Below are positions 26,282-39,780 of a stretch of 64,000 bases of DNA, in pieces. The position numbers were made by a program, and so were the translations under genes. Within the stretch, counting starts at the first letter, position 1, and each line of letters starts with the position of its first letter. The stretch is taken from NCBI GenBank assembly GCA_951406725.2, contig OX597822.1, positions 36,580,001 to 36,644,000 of the forward strand, given 5' to 3'. Below the pieces are notes generated by a model. The model ran no database searches. It saw nothing but the letters and a program-made list of their open reading frames with translations, and was not told the origin of the DNA. Source of the stretch: Octopus vulgaris (taxonomy: Eukaryota).

Positions 26282-26671
26282 TACTCTTTTTACTCTTTTA
26301 CTTGTTTCAGTCATTTGACTGTGGCCATGCTGGAGCACCGCCTTTAGTCGAGCAAATTGACCCCAGAACTTATTCTTTGTAAGCCTAGTACTTATTTTAT
26401 CGATCCCTTTTGCCGAACCGCTAAGTTACACGGACATAAACACACCAGCATCGGTTGTCAAATGATGTTGGGGGACAAACGCAGGCACACAAACATATAC
26501 ACACACATACATATATATACCGTCTACCAAATCCACTCTCAAAGCTTTGGTTGGCCTGAGGCTATAGTGCTATAGTAGAAGACACTTGCCCAAGGTGCCA
26601 CACAGTGGGACTGAACCCGGAACCATGTGGTTCGTAAGCAAGCTACTTACGACACAGCCACTCCTACGCCT
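26282..26671 (-). mobile_element. CORE-type SINE family C
   Basis: Reverse complement of 24638-25100 with high similarity. Confidence 0.9.
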
Positions 26672-27239
26672 ATTTTGAATTTTTTAAAAACTTACATCCA
26701 GACAGTACTTGGCTATATAACAATCACATGTAGTTTCTTCTGTATACTTATACTTTATAATTATTTGTATTGTTGACCTCTTAAATGTAAAAACAATTAC
26801 TTACTTCCTGCCAGTTCATGGCATTTTTCTTGTTTAGTAAGATTGTTAGAAATCTAGCAGGACAAAACACAACACTTGTCAAAAGGATGAATGAATCCAA
26901 CATGGGACCAAAAACTGTAGTATTGTACAAGGACACAGAATAATAAATTTAGCAGTTAAAGCAATGAAAAATGGAAAGTGACATTTTGTTTGAAACTCAC
27001 CTGACAAAATATTGAAAATCAATCATATTTTTTACTTAATTCAGAGACTTATAAAAAAAATGTATATTTTTATTGTGGTTTTAATTGCTTAACTTCATAA
27101 CTATTATATTTTTTTTTTGGATACTTCTATGCTCTTTTAGGAAGACAAAGACAAAATTGAGAGTTTGGACAAGTTAAAGATTCTTTGTTTGGTGCATATA
27201 AGCAATTATTTCATGTTGAACCATGCTAGCACAGAAACT

Positions 27240-27745
27240 GGGATGGCTGGCACGTAAAAAGCATCAACTGATGCGACCGATGCCAGTACCCCTTGACTGG
27301 CTCTTGTGCCGGTGACATGTAAAAAGCAGCATCTGAACGTGATCAATGCCAGGCCCTCTTGACTGACTCCTGTGCCGGTGGCATGTAAAAAGCACCCACT
27401 ATACTCTTGGAGAGGTTGGCGTTAGGAAGGGCATCCAGCTGTAGTAACATTGCCAGATCAGATCGGAGCCTGGTGCAGCCGCTGGCTCTCCAGACCTTAG
27501 TCAAACCGTCCAACCCATGCCAGCATGGAAAGTGGACGTTAAACGATGATGATGATGATATATGTATCATCATCAACATTTAATGTCAATTTTTCATGCT
27601 AGCATGGGTTGGATGGCTTGACAAGAACTGGTAAGGCCAGGGGCCACACCAGGTTCCCTAGTCTGATTTCTACAGCTGGATGCCCATCATAACACCAACC
27701 ATTTTACAGAGTGTAGTGTGTAGTGGGTGGTTTTTATTTGGCACC
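27240..27745. mobile_element. Two RTE 3' ends tail-to-tail (+ 27240-27558; - 27566-27745)
   Basis: + copy ...GGACGTTAAACGATGATGATGAT; a few bases later the - copy starts TCATCATCAACATTTAATGTC...GCATGGGTTGGATGG. Confidence 0.85.
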
Positions 27746-28064
27746 ACACATACACATACACACACATATATATATGGAAAGCGGACGTTAAATGACGATG
27801 ATGATATATATATATATATATATCGTTGGTATTATGCAAAAGTGTCCAAAATATTGCTTTTTCAGAAAATAAAAAAATAGTTTCACCATTCCATAGCAAA
27901 ACTGTTGTACTACACTGACAATTTTTGATATCTTGGCATCTGAAGCAGCTGGAGATAGGATAGTTTGACCAAAAATTAAGTATTGAGAAAAACGCATTTG
28001 GGCAAATTTGGACATAAGACAGTTTAACCTAATAGCAACAGTATAATATATATGTAACTGCAGC

Positions 28065-28316
28065 AACCAGGTTACTGGATGTTGTTTATATACTGCAGGT
28101 CCCGATGTGCTTCCTCACATTGTCATTGTTTTCAAATGATGCCACACTGCTGGTTAGTTGGACAGGCCAACATCTCCACTGAACAGAATGCCAGTCCATT
28201 GCAGGGTTACCCATTTACAGCTGCGTCCAATTAGTGCAACATGAACTGAAGCATTTTGCTCAGGAACACAATGCACTGTCAGTCTGGAAATTGAAACCAC
28301 AATCTTGTGATTGTGA
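28065..28316 (-). mobile_element. Older SINE with CORE-like and V-domain-like blocks
   Basis: Minus strand GGTTTCAATTTCC (box B), GTGTTCCTGAGCAAAATGCTT, CAGCTGTAAATGGGTAACCCTGCAATGGACTGGC. Confidence 0.5.
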
Positions 28317-28337
28317 CCTATATATCTCTTATTATAA

Positions 28338-28383
<46 letters not shown>

Positions 28384-28442
28384 ATCTGTCTCAACAAATT
28401 ATACATGACCTGTGCAAGCATGGAAAAATGGATGTTAAAATG

Positions 28443-28479
<37 letters not shown>

Positions 28480-31189
28480 GAGAAAATCTAAATGTTTACA
28501 GTTGAAAAAAGCTTAAGTTATTATTGTATGTATATTGAGGATTTAGGCACTACTAGGTTAAATTTCTAGAGCTATAAATAAACTACTACTACTACTACTA
28601 CTACTACTACAGGTTTACTTGATGTGAATTTAACATTTTCTCATTTCAATTTTTATGAAAATTGTTTATCTTATGAAATTTAAGTTTGTAGTGTTTTTTT
28701 TTTTCTGATATAAACTTTTTATCAGATCTCTAAAACTGAAATCAATAACCTAAATGAAAATAGAGCTTCAGTGTGTTCATGTTGTGTGAGCTGAGGTGTG
28801 GTTACTAAATAATTTGAATACTACCTTACTAATGAACTGTCACTATGGATTCGTTGGTAATCAGGTTAAGCAACAAATAAGTGTCTCTCTTCATGTTTGT
28901 CAGTTAGTATTTATAATGATATCTTGCCTTACGGCTATTTCAGATCCATGGAAATATGAAAACAGTGTTTTCATATTTCATATTCTTTTTTTTTTTTTTT
29001 TTTCCACAAGATAGTGGGGAAAAAAAAACTAGATTATCTAGAACTTGGTGTATAAACTTGTGTTACAGCTTATTTTTACTAAACTGTAACATTATAATAT
29101 ACTTGCTGCTGTGTCTCTTAGATATACACACAGGCATAAGCACATATGTACACATACATACATAGATACAAAGATATGGATACATAAACAGATATACAAA
29201 GGTGTACAAATTTATATATTCATAGTCATTCATGTACACACTCATACATACACATTTTTAATCTACTTATTTGTTTAGTTGAATTATTACATTTTCCTTT
29301 TAAGGGTGTGTAAATATGCTAGCTTTAGTTGAGCATGCCAAATGACCTCCCGTTTGGATGTTATCCAAAACTTTGGAATAGTTTGTAGTGAAACACTTTC
29401 CATCTCCTCACTTGTTATTTCTGATGTTCGTATTTGATGTTTCTGCTTTCTCTAACTGCTTTACACCCAACTAGACCATTCTCATTCACTAACAGCTATT
29501 CCAATTATAACTCAATGCTATAATCATATCATTGCTATTGCCATGTCTTTATATAAATCAGATTAATAAAAACTAAGAGGCCCTATGTTAGTGCACAAAT
29601 CTAGAGCATCTAGCTAATTATTAGTCATTATTTTCACTTGAGTTTGCATGTTTGTATAAAAATAAAAAAGAAACGAAACAACACTGCATAATTTTGTTGA
29701 TGGGCTGTAATCTCAGAGAGTTTATATTATGAAAGAAAATATAAAAACAAAAAAAAATTTCCATGTTAATTATCATTTTGTGATAAAATTAAATAGTTTA
29801 CAAATTAGATTGTTACTGTCTGTATTGAGCATCAGACCTTTAAAATTGGATTTGAATAGGTTTATTTCCTTTATGCTATAACCTCTGCTCTTGGCATTGT
29901 TTATATGTTATTGTATATATATAATTTTTTTTAAAAGTGGGAATCATTTGTTGTGGATATCCATTAGGTGACATACATTACTCCAGCCATGTGATTTACA
30001 TGTGCAATATTAGGAATTGTTCCAAAAGTTTTTTTCTTTCAGTAAATGTCAACATGTCTGAGTGTTAGTGTTAATGGTGGTACACTGCTCTAACAGTATG
30101 GATAATTTATATTTCTGATTAGTAATCCTTGTAATGGCTTGTTAATGACTCCATTGGGTGCATGTAATTATATTGTTTTCTCGTTTGTATTGCCACCAAC
30201 CACCTCCTCTTATTTTTATATCACCACCCACCCTTCTCGCTATTCTCCATCCACTGCCTTTCCATTTGGGATCCATCCACTGCCTCTCCATTTGGAATAT
30301 TTTCACTGCATCCCCACTATTCACTATGGTATCCTCCAGCTCCAGCACATTTTCTGTCTCACTCCTCTCTCTCCACAGCCTCTCTACCTCCTCAGTGTCC
30401 ATTCTCATCCTTCCCCCTCTGGTCTATTATCCCCTGCTCCCATTTTCATTGACTCAGGATTCTTATCCACCTTAGTCAGTTGCTCCCTTCCTAGCCCCTT
30501 CTCCTTACCTTTTGTCCATAGGATAGTCCTTGTACCTCCCTATACAACTCATACTATCACCTTTCCTATTTACCCCACCCCCTTTTCTCATTAACCTCTG
30601 TCACAAATTCCTTTCCCCTGTCATACTTTAACCCCCTCAATTACTTCTTTGTTGTTCCCTCTGCTACCACTTTATAGCAGTTGTAAATCTGTTCCTTTCA
30701 TCTTATCCTTCCTCATCCCTGCTGCTTAGAATCATTGCCTGGTTCTAGTTGATACTAAGAAAATATCCACAAATACATGCTCCATATTTACCTGGAGGAC
30801 GTATGAATAAGGTGACACTTTCAAACATGCCATCTGAACTGAGTATTAAATATTTCACTATGATATTGGAAAATGCTAAAAATAATTGCCATAAGACCAA
30901 GCCCTCGTTCTAAGGAGAACTGGTCAGTTATCAATATAGACACAGAGATGCTGCTCATACCTGAAAGTTTTCAGAGGAACCAGGTCTCAACTACAAGGAG
31001 AGTGATGACTTGTAGCAGAGTAATGTAAACAGATAATGCTTTGATATCCTGTTTAATATCTTTAGTTCTAAAACCAAAATTCACTTTCATTTCCACTTGT
31101 TGCAAATTCATTCCAGACTTGTTTGGCCAACTTTTGGCAGACAACTATTGCAACTGGTAGCACTGGGAGTGGTAACACTGTTGAGAATG

Positions 31190-31620
31190 GATACCAACAA
31201 ACGGATGTTGTAAGCAGTTTACTTTCAATAAATCTGCTGAATACAGAGTTTAAAATTTTGGCTGACATGTCAGCAAAAAAGTTTGGACTTGTTGTTGATG
31301 GTTTGGTTGGGGAAGCACAAACATGTGCAACTCTGAACAGGTCCATCCATGACAATCTCCATCTTATAGATGCACTCTCATAGAGAGAGTTAGAATCAAA
31401 GCTGGCTTCAGTGGGTGCTCAGATCAACTGGGTTTTGACCCATTTTCAGAGGCTGGGTTGCTGCAATGCACAGCAACACCTACTCAGTGGTCAAAGTAAA
31501 TGGCTGCCTCTCGGAAGAATTTAATATCAGATGCTCAGTCTGACAGGGCTGCCCCATCTTGCCCCCTGTATATGCAGGCTCTTGAGTCTACTGCAAGCTG
31601 AACAGTTGAGAGATACCCCT
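31190..31620 (+). mobile_element. Degraded L1/Tx1-type LINE RT fragment
   Basis: INLLNTEFKILADMSAKKFGLVVDGLVGEAQTCATLNRSIHDNLHLI; VKVNGCLSEEFNIRCSV*QGCP. Confidence 0.8.
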
Positions 31621-31854
31621 TTTGAACTGGGACTCAGGAGGGCCATATCAGTGTATGCAGGCAATATTGACATCACTTAAAATAACAGTGTCTAGTTTCT
31701 TGTCCAATAACTTTGCTGCTCAGCAAATACCAAACTTAAAAGTAAGTGCTGGGGTCAATTATGGTCTGCTGAAATTTTTCAAGGTGGTATCCTTGTATGG
31801 CTGCAGCCCAAAAGCTTAAGCAAATAAAAGAGATGTATTGTGTATGTATATATA

Positions 31855-32009
31855 CAGGCATCCCCTGTATTAAAGAAGCATTGCATTCCAAAAACTTACT
31901 GTGATATGAAATTCCATAATGTGAAACCTATTTTCTCATGCTTTATGGAATTCCATATTACAGTAAGATTTTCCAGACTGTAATATCTCTGTAATACAGT
32001 GAATGATTG
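31855..32009. mobile_element. Palindromic Tc1/pogo-like MITE (155 bp, TA-flanked)
   Basis: Outer imperfect IR CAGGCATCCCCTGTATTA / TAATACAGTGAATGATTG; inner IR CTTACTGTGATATGAAATTCCATAA / TTATGGAATTCCATATTACAGTAAG. Confidence 0.7.
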
Positions 32010-32934
32010 TATTTAACATGAAATTGTATTTGGAATATTGAAACTGTTGGTTGAAATAAATAATAAAAAGGGAAATTTACTACAAAACTAGATTAATCAT
32101 AATGAATTATTTCAGTAGAATATATAAGGATTGAATAAGAGTTGTTTCTTGGTGAGTTCAAACTGTATTTATGTGAGTATAGTAGGCACTAACAGATTTG
32201 TTATACTGAGAGAAGAAATTTTAATTAAAATTACACCATTACTCATTAGAATAGTCATTATCTAAATGACCACTTCTTGTCAAGAATAGCAAGGGAGACA
32301 ACTCAGAATTTAAATTAAAAGTATTTTAATATAGAAGGTAGTGAGAAGTGAGTCTGATCTTTAACAGTACAAAAACAACACTATTTATTAGACATTGCCT
32401 GCAAAATTCGTCACTGCAGATCTCAGAATGACACAAAAGTTTGTAATGCTGCTAAAGAACTGCTAAGAGAAATTCAAAGACTGGCTAACAGTATTGAATG
32501 ATTTGGACCAGTGATTCATATATCCACAAAATGAGTGTATGTGTGTTTGTATGTGTGCATGCTTCTATCTCATCATGACATCATATGCTGAATATAAATA
32601 CAACTTCATTATCATACAAGCAGTGCTATTTGTTTGCATTCCCTCCCTGAAATGTCCAGGCTATGGGAAAATAGTATCTAACTTGGAAACAGGTATGGTT
32701 TGGCATTAGGAAGGGCATCTGGTTGTAGAAGCTGAATCCTGTCAGCCTCATACAAGCATGAAAAAGTAAACATTAAAATGATGATGACGACAAGGAGGAT
32801 ATCTATCAGACACAGACACACACATGTATATATCACAATCATAATTTTAATATCCACTTTTCAATGGCTGAATGCCTTTCCTGTCACCAACATACTCACA
32901 CATGTACATATGTACATACATGAACATACATATT

Positions 32935-33090
32935 TATATGGCAGGCTTCTTTCAGTTTCAGTCTGCCAAATCCACTCACAAGGCTTTGGTTTCTCTTGGT
33001 TATTGAAGAAAACACTTACCCAAGGTACCACACTGTGGGATTGAACCTAGAACCATGTTGTTTGAGAAGCAGACTTCTTAATGCACAACT
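32935..33090 (-). mobile_element. CORE-type SINE family C, head half
   Basis: GGCTTCTTTCAGTTT...CCAAATCCACTCACAAGGCTTTGG...ACACTTACCCAAGGT. Confidence 0.75.
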
Positions 33091-35926
33091 ATTTTGTGTG
33101 TGTGTGTGTTTCAGTACTTCATTTTATAAATGTTTAAATATATTCTACCTAAAAATTATTAAACTTTTCTGTTGATAACTGAAAACAGAAAAGCAATTTC
33201 AGACTTAGAGAATGACAAATTGGAATGTAGTTAAGGTTTGTATTGATTTGTTTTTATCCTTTAACAGTCAGCCAATTTCCATTCCTATACCTGAGATAGT
33301 GGTAGTTTTTCTGGAGCTTAGGCTGTTCAGTCTTCACTTCACTTCATCTGTAGTTGCTTGTTGAATTTATTATATAATAGGTTACATTCATGTTCTTGAT
33401 ATCTATTCCACTAATGGTTTTAATTTCTAAAATGAATTTTATTAATTCTTGATTCATACAAGCATTATTTTTCTCTTTGAGTCTTTTCTATTCACATTGA
33501 AGATGAATGATGATAAAGTAAAAAAAAAAAACTTCATGAGATGTCATCAATCTTTCTTTCATTTCATTCCATAATAATTTTCTGACTCATAGAAACCTGT
33601 TTTTTAACTTAAATATGATTTGACTTTTTAGTGACTATCTGTTATAGTGATTACTATTGTTCATGTCTTGTGACTTATGTATAAAAAAAAAAAAATGCAT
33701 TGAAAATGTTCACAGTACATTTCATGATACAGAGAGAAAAATTATTTCTAGTTTGTATCAGAATAATGATTTACAAAATATTTTTTGAAACATTTCAAAA
33801 GTGACATTCCTTTTTTTTTTTAGTTAAGTATTTTCAATGTAATAGGAAATTTTCAAAAGAAAACAGACTTTATTTTATGAGACCAAACCTAGCTATTTAA
33901 GTGTAGGCAAGAAGCGAAGCTCAGCAGCTGAAGAATCTGTTTCCATAACCTCTTGAGGGTGTGCCGCTCTTCTTCATGATTTTCTGACATGAAATTGCCA
34001 TCATAAATTAACAAGACGTGTAATATAATAGATTACACACACACACATTATATACACATGGTTAAGTGGTGAGGTGGGGTTATAGTTAAGGAGATGGAAT
34101 GTCCTAAGATTTGATACAAACGCTACTGAGCACAGATACAGATATTCTACAAGCTCATCAATAAGAAAGTATAAAACTGGTCGTAATTTAAAGAGATACA
34201 GTCACTCTGCTTTTTATAACTTTCAAGTAGTACTTAAGACATGACTTTAAATCTCAGCATTTGATACTGTTTACTCTGTTCCAACATTGGTTTGTTATAA
34301 AATACATTGTTACTTTCCTTGATCTAGGAAACCTTGTTTGAGGAAAGTATTTAGTAAAGACATTTTAACTTTCCTATCTTCTTATTTCCTGGCAGCCATC
34401 CAACCATTTGCCAAGGGTTGGGGTAATATATCTTACCATAAACACTAGTTTTTTTCGTTAGCAGCTTATACTACCTGAAAGAATTCTCTTAGTGTGTTCT
34501 ACTAGCAACATGCCTGATATGTGACTCACTCCACAAGCTTTGAACTGTTGACAGTCTAAAAAGTGATTTCAACACTTATTTCTTTGTTATTTATTTCAAT
34601 ATTGTCCAAAATCCAAATACTAAAAACTATGGCCAGTTTCCCCGTTCAGTTCATCAGTACATGCTGAACCACTTTTTCTGAGTGTTAATATCATCATTGT
34701 CGTCATCGTTTAATGTCCGCTTTCCATGCTAGCATGGGGATATGCCAGATATCTAAATTTAGAACAAATTTACTTTGATTTCTCTTTGATTTCCCCAGTC
34801 TATTATCTAATTTTGTTGTTTCTTATTAAAGTATGCTTCATTTTAGAAGATTGTTCTTTTTTCAAGTTCAGTTTCTTGGCAGTTGATTATTTTTTTTTTT
34901 TTTGTCCTGGTATAACTTCTAATTCTCATAGAATATCCAACAAAGTCAAGTTGTTGCAACTGTCTTTTTCTTAAGCAACAAGTAAGATAATGTTTCAGCA
35001 AAAGCTTTCAAAGTGTCTATATTGCCTTTGTCTGGTTTGAAGGATTTGTATCGCAATTTACAGTAAGAACCAGAATCTAGTGCCATTAAAAATACTATTG
35101 GCTGTGTTAATGGGTCAACTCAATGGAAAACACTGGAAATCATGGGATTTCAAAAATGAAGCTATCCTGTTTGCTTTACATGTTATGTGACATTCCACAT
35201 GTTTTTTTGAGGCAAAATAAAAATGACTCTGCTAAAAATATCAAGTTGAATGGTTATTCATAGTCTCTCTTTAATATATTTTAAAATATTTCTGAATGAG
35301 TCAATCTCATGACCATATAGAAGTGGTAGATCTAGCTGTTAGTCTTAACAACAGTACTGCACTTATTCCATGACCACTTGTTCCATAGCATTACAATGAA
35401 ATTGTTCTTAAGTGACTTGTGAATAATTTTTTCCAGAAATATTGTGGGTGGGAAGTAAACATACTCGCTGGGTAGTCTGGTCTTAGTTTGTAACAGAAAT
35501 GTAATAAATAGTGTTAGGATGGACACTCTGTTGTAGAGCTATAGTGTTCCAGTAACTGACGTAAATGTCCATCCAGATGTACAATATTCAATTCATTCAC
35601 ACAGAGAAAAAGATGTGTAGATTTTTTCCTCACTGATATCTTTTAAAGCGTTTCTCTGTTAGTATATGCCATTAGTCAAGAACATGATATCAAATTGCAT
35701 GTAATCTATGTAAGACAAGAAAAATATTGTTTTTTGTTTTCCCAAGCACAATGATGTTTCTTTCATCAAATAGAATTGTTCAAATTAGATTTTAACCCTT
35801 TCATTACTATATTTCTAACTAAAATACATCCCACTATACATTTTGATTAAATTCTAAAATAAATTTAGACTGATTTCATAAAACATTTCTAACTTTATAT
35901 TGTTATACTTGGGATGGTAATTTTTT

Positions 35927-36130
35927 TTGACCAATTTAAACTGGCCATATTCGGCCCAAATATTCTACCTGTCTTACATTCAAACTAGCCAGATTTGGCC
36001 TCTCACACCTTTCCAACAGTGTAATTCTAAAAACAATCACACTCAAGGCTATGAAATAATGTATAATTAATTCAAATATGAATGCATAACCATTACATTT
36101 GGCTGATTAATCTGCATGCTAAAGGGTTAA
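35927..36130. mobile_element. piggyBac-like MITE family P1 (inverted relative to 36750-36980)
   Basis: TTTAAACTGGCCATATTCGGCCCAAATATTCTACCTG...ATGCTAAAGGGTTAA. Confidence 0.7.
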
Positions 36131-36430
36131 ACACCTGTACTATTTATTTGATCTTCACTTCAGTTTTTATTTGTATTATTTTTAGTTTATTTGTCTGTCA
36201 AAGTTCTTTTGTCATACATTCTAACCTCCTCAGTGTCTCACTGTCCCATGTGTCTCCTCTTGTCCTGCTTATTCCAAAAATGGAATAAGCAGGGCAAGAG
36301 GAGATGTGTGTGACAGTGAGACTCTGATCAGGTCACAATGTATGATGAAAGAACTTTGACTGACAAATAGGCTAAAAATAATACAAATAAAAACTGAAGT
36401 GAGGCTCAAATAAATAGTGCATGTGTTTAA
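36127..36430. repeat. Foldback inverted repeat, ~150-bp arms, ~4-nt loop, TTAA at both ends
   Basis: The left arm is the reverse complement of the right arm at roughly 87% identity by eye; centre CTTATTCCA-AAAA-TGGAATAAG. Confidence 0.92.
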
Positions 36431-36749
36431 TTGGCAACAACAACAAAAAAAAAACATAGTAACCATCTCCAAGTATAACAAAATCTGTTTCAACACACAT
36501 TTTCACATCAAGAATCTTGCAAAACAAATACATAAATGTAAATTCTAACTTTTTTCATTTATTTATTGATGTGTTTTAGAAACACATCTTAATAAAAGGC
36601 TGGTAAATAAACCTATTACATAATTTTTTACCAAGTTGATTCTAATTACAAATAAATACAGGAAAGTGTAGAATTGTTTAAAACTTTGTTTAAACATCAC
36701 CATAGAAACTGAATTATTAGCAAATGCTCAACTCAGTATATTACATCAT

Positions 36750-36980
36750 TTAACCATTTAGCATTCAGATTACTCTGTTAAATACAAGTTTATTTATTTA
36801 TTAATACTGTTTTGAATTAATCATACATTATCTTATACCTTTGAGATTTCAATGTTGTGATTGTTTATTTTTAGAATGACATTATAGAGTAGGTGTGAGA
36901 GGCCTGGTCTAATCAGATTGAACTGAAAACAGGTAGAATATTTGGGCCTGATATGGCCAGTTTGAATGCTAAACGGTTAA
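36750..36980. mobile_element. piggyBac-like MITE family P1
   Basis: TTAACCATTTAGCATTCA ... TGAATGCTAAACGGTTAA. Confidence 0.8.
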
Positions 36981-37313
36981 TATGGAAGAATTGTGCAGAT
37001 TGTTGAATTTTCAAAGGAACTGAAATGTACAAAAAATATGTGTTCCATAACAGTAAAATAGAATGAAAAATATTGAAATTTTTATGTCTGAAGAAAACTA
37101 CAAAATGAAATAAATTCACATACACAATAATGATTCACAGATATAAATTAAACAAAAGTTGTTGCAAACTTATAGGTAAATTAAAATAACTGGTATATCA
37201 AATAAATAAATAAAAATTAGGTAAATTTGGAAAAGAATTTTATAAACTCTAATGCTATATATGTATTTATATACACGCATATATATATATGCACACATAT
37301 ATATAGATACATG

Positions 37314-37349
<36 letters not shown>

Positions 37350-37365
37350 CACACACACACATATA

Positions 37366-37579
37366 TAAAGTGGGTGCTGAAAAGTTCCTAGTTTTGGGTT
37401 AAAGAAAATACAGGTAGATCAGTTATGATTTTATTCAACATGTTCCCCTCTCAGATTTACACACTTATTGCAGCAGTCCTTCAATTTTTGTAAGCCTTGT
37501 AAAAGAAGTTGGAAGGTTGGACCCTCAACTAGGCCTTTCACAATATTCTTAAAGCCAGGAACTTTCCACCCCCCCTCAG
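37366..37579. mobile_element. Mariner-derived MITE
   Basis: Degenerate TIRs GGGTGCTGAAAAGTTCCTAGTTTT / AAAGCCAGGAACTTTCCACCCCCC, TA-flanked. Confidence 0.65.
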
Positions 37580-38952
37580 TATATCTTAATGTTTGTTTTT
37601 ATGTTGAATTATAATGTAAACGACTTTACATTAAAACAAAGGATTACTCAGTTCTTTTTGTAGAGTATTTTTATTGTTTTTCAACAAGAATAGTGTTAAT
37701 AGTACATTTGATTTCATCTTGGCTTTATATAGTCACTGGTAAATTTAAGTTTTCTAGTGTGGGTGAATGATAATTAGGTTGTAGATAATATGGAGATTGT
37801 CCTGCAAAATAAAAACTTTGTAATATGGTGTGTTTATTTAGGTGTGTTAGCTTTACACATATAAAGGTTCACAAAAGAATGTGAGTAGGTGGAAAGATTA
37901 GTTGGGCATTGGCTTACTTTACTTTTCAATGATGTTACCTAGGAGATTAAAACCTGTTTGTTTTGGGAAGGTAGCAGTTATTGTTCAAAAGTTACACTTT
38001 TGGTTGCAGTTATTGTTCAAAGATCAATCAAGCATGCAAAACTTTGTTACTAGGTATGTTTATTTAGGTGTGCCAGCTTAAACCATGGTGTTTTTAGTAT
38101 AGGAATTTGTTTGTCTTGCGCTTTAAGGTTCAGAAAAGATCATAGGTAGGTGGAAAGGTTAGTTAGAATTCTAATTAGAAGTTAATTGTTTTTGAATATT
38201 TTAAAAAAGAATTAACCTTTGTGTTTTAGGAAGATAAAATTTATGGGCTGTTTTATAGTTATTTTTTCTATTTGGTTTCTGTTGTAGCGGACACCTCCAG
38301 GTGAGAAGTGGGGTGGTCCACTACTAATAAATAATGGACTGACACAGTCAGAAATGTCAGTCAGCGAGGTAAGCTGTTCGAACCAGTCCCACAGAGATGA
38401 TGAAATATGTTGTCATAATGCGAAACATAACAGTGACAAGGATTTGTGGCTCACACAGCCACTATATATGGTAGCAGGACATAACAGTGGTGACAAGGAT
38501 ACTTCCCACTGTATAATGGTGTCATTGTAACACTGGTAATGAGGTTACGAATGCTCATAGGAGTGTTAAAAAAGAAGACCTACCTTCAAGAACAATGAAA
38601 GGAAGTTTGAAGGATTGAAGAAAAAGTGTCTGATAAAATTGGAACTCTAACATAGGATTGAACTTCACACAGTGAAAAAAAAAAAAATATATATATATAT
38701 ATGTATATATAAAAGATCCTGGAGAACAAAAAGAAAATGTCTGATAAAATGGGAACCCTACACAGAACTGAACTACACACAGGGAAAAATAATTGTCTGG
38801 AAGAAAAAATAATAAGTTTGTTTGCAGGATTTATGAGTCGGGTCACTATATGTAGTAGCACTATCAGTAATGATGTAGACTTGGTACTATCTGTGGCATT
38901 TTGAAAAAAAAAAGCTATGGTCCTGTGTGGAACAAAATAATAATAATAATAA

Positions 38953-39322
38953 TCTCTCTATATATATAAACAGCAAAATGTCTGTCTGTGTGTGTGTCCT
39001 TTATACAAATCCACAATTTTTCAGTTAGAGGGCTCGCACTTTCTATGGTCATTCAAAACTGTCCAAGGGTGGTCGTGCACATCTTTACATTTCCCCAGTC
39101 ACCCTGCAAAGTCATTAAAAAATCAATAGAAGTGACTTTTAAAAAAAATTTTCTATCAAAACCCAATCAAAATGACCGAAACTTGATATGCCAATTGAAT
39201 GCCAGCTAGCTGTATGTGATTGGTCGGAGATTTGGACAGTACTCACGTGTATGTGTGCACGCACGCAGCTGTATATGCATGCACTAGCACTATGACCCGG
39301 TGTTGCTGGGTCATAGTGCTAG
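38953..39322 (+). mobile_element. Non-autonomous Helitron (370 bp)
   Basis: A|TCTCTCTATATATATAAA ... hairpin ... CTAG|T, inserted in a (TAA)n tract. Confidence 0.85.
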
Positions 39323-39434
39323 TAATGATGATAATAATAATAATAATAATAATAATGTCTGTTCAAAGGATTTATAAGTTGGGTCGCTATATGTAGTATT
39401 GCTACCAGTAATGATGTAGACTTGGTACTACCTG

Positions 39435-39780
39435 TTTTTACTATTTTACTTGTTTCAGTAATTTGCCTGTAGCCATGCTGGAGCACCGCCTTTAGTTGAA
39501 CAGATTGACCCGGGACTTATTCTTTGTAAGCCTAGTACTTATTCTATCGGTTTCTTTCACCAAACCGCTAAGCTACAAGGATGTAACCACACCAACATCG
39601 GTTATCAAGTGATGGTGGGAGGACAAACACATACACAGAGTTTCCGTCTACCAAATCCACCCACAAAGCTTTGGTCAGTTTGAGGCTATAATAGAAGACA
39701 CTTGCCCAAGGTGCCACATGGTGGAGCTGAACCTGGAACCATATGGTTGGTAACCAGGCTACTTACCACACAGCCACTCG
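39435..39780 (-). mobile_element. CORE-type SINE family C
   Basis: Matches 26282-26671. Confidence 0.85.

Noticed and set aside
34622-34662. Minus-strand hammerhead-like core CTGATGA…GAAAC (weaker candidates at ~12360-12390, 42158 and 46964)
   Set aside because: Stems I and III cannot be formed without assuming several mutations; at most dead Penelope-type relics. An Infernal/RNAMotif search would settle it
38283-38580. Possible solo LTR starting TGTAGCGG
   Set aside because: No matching CA terminus, TSD or second copy identified
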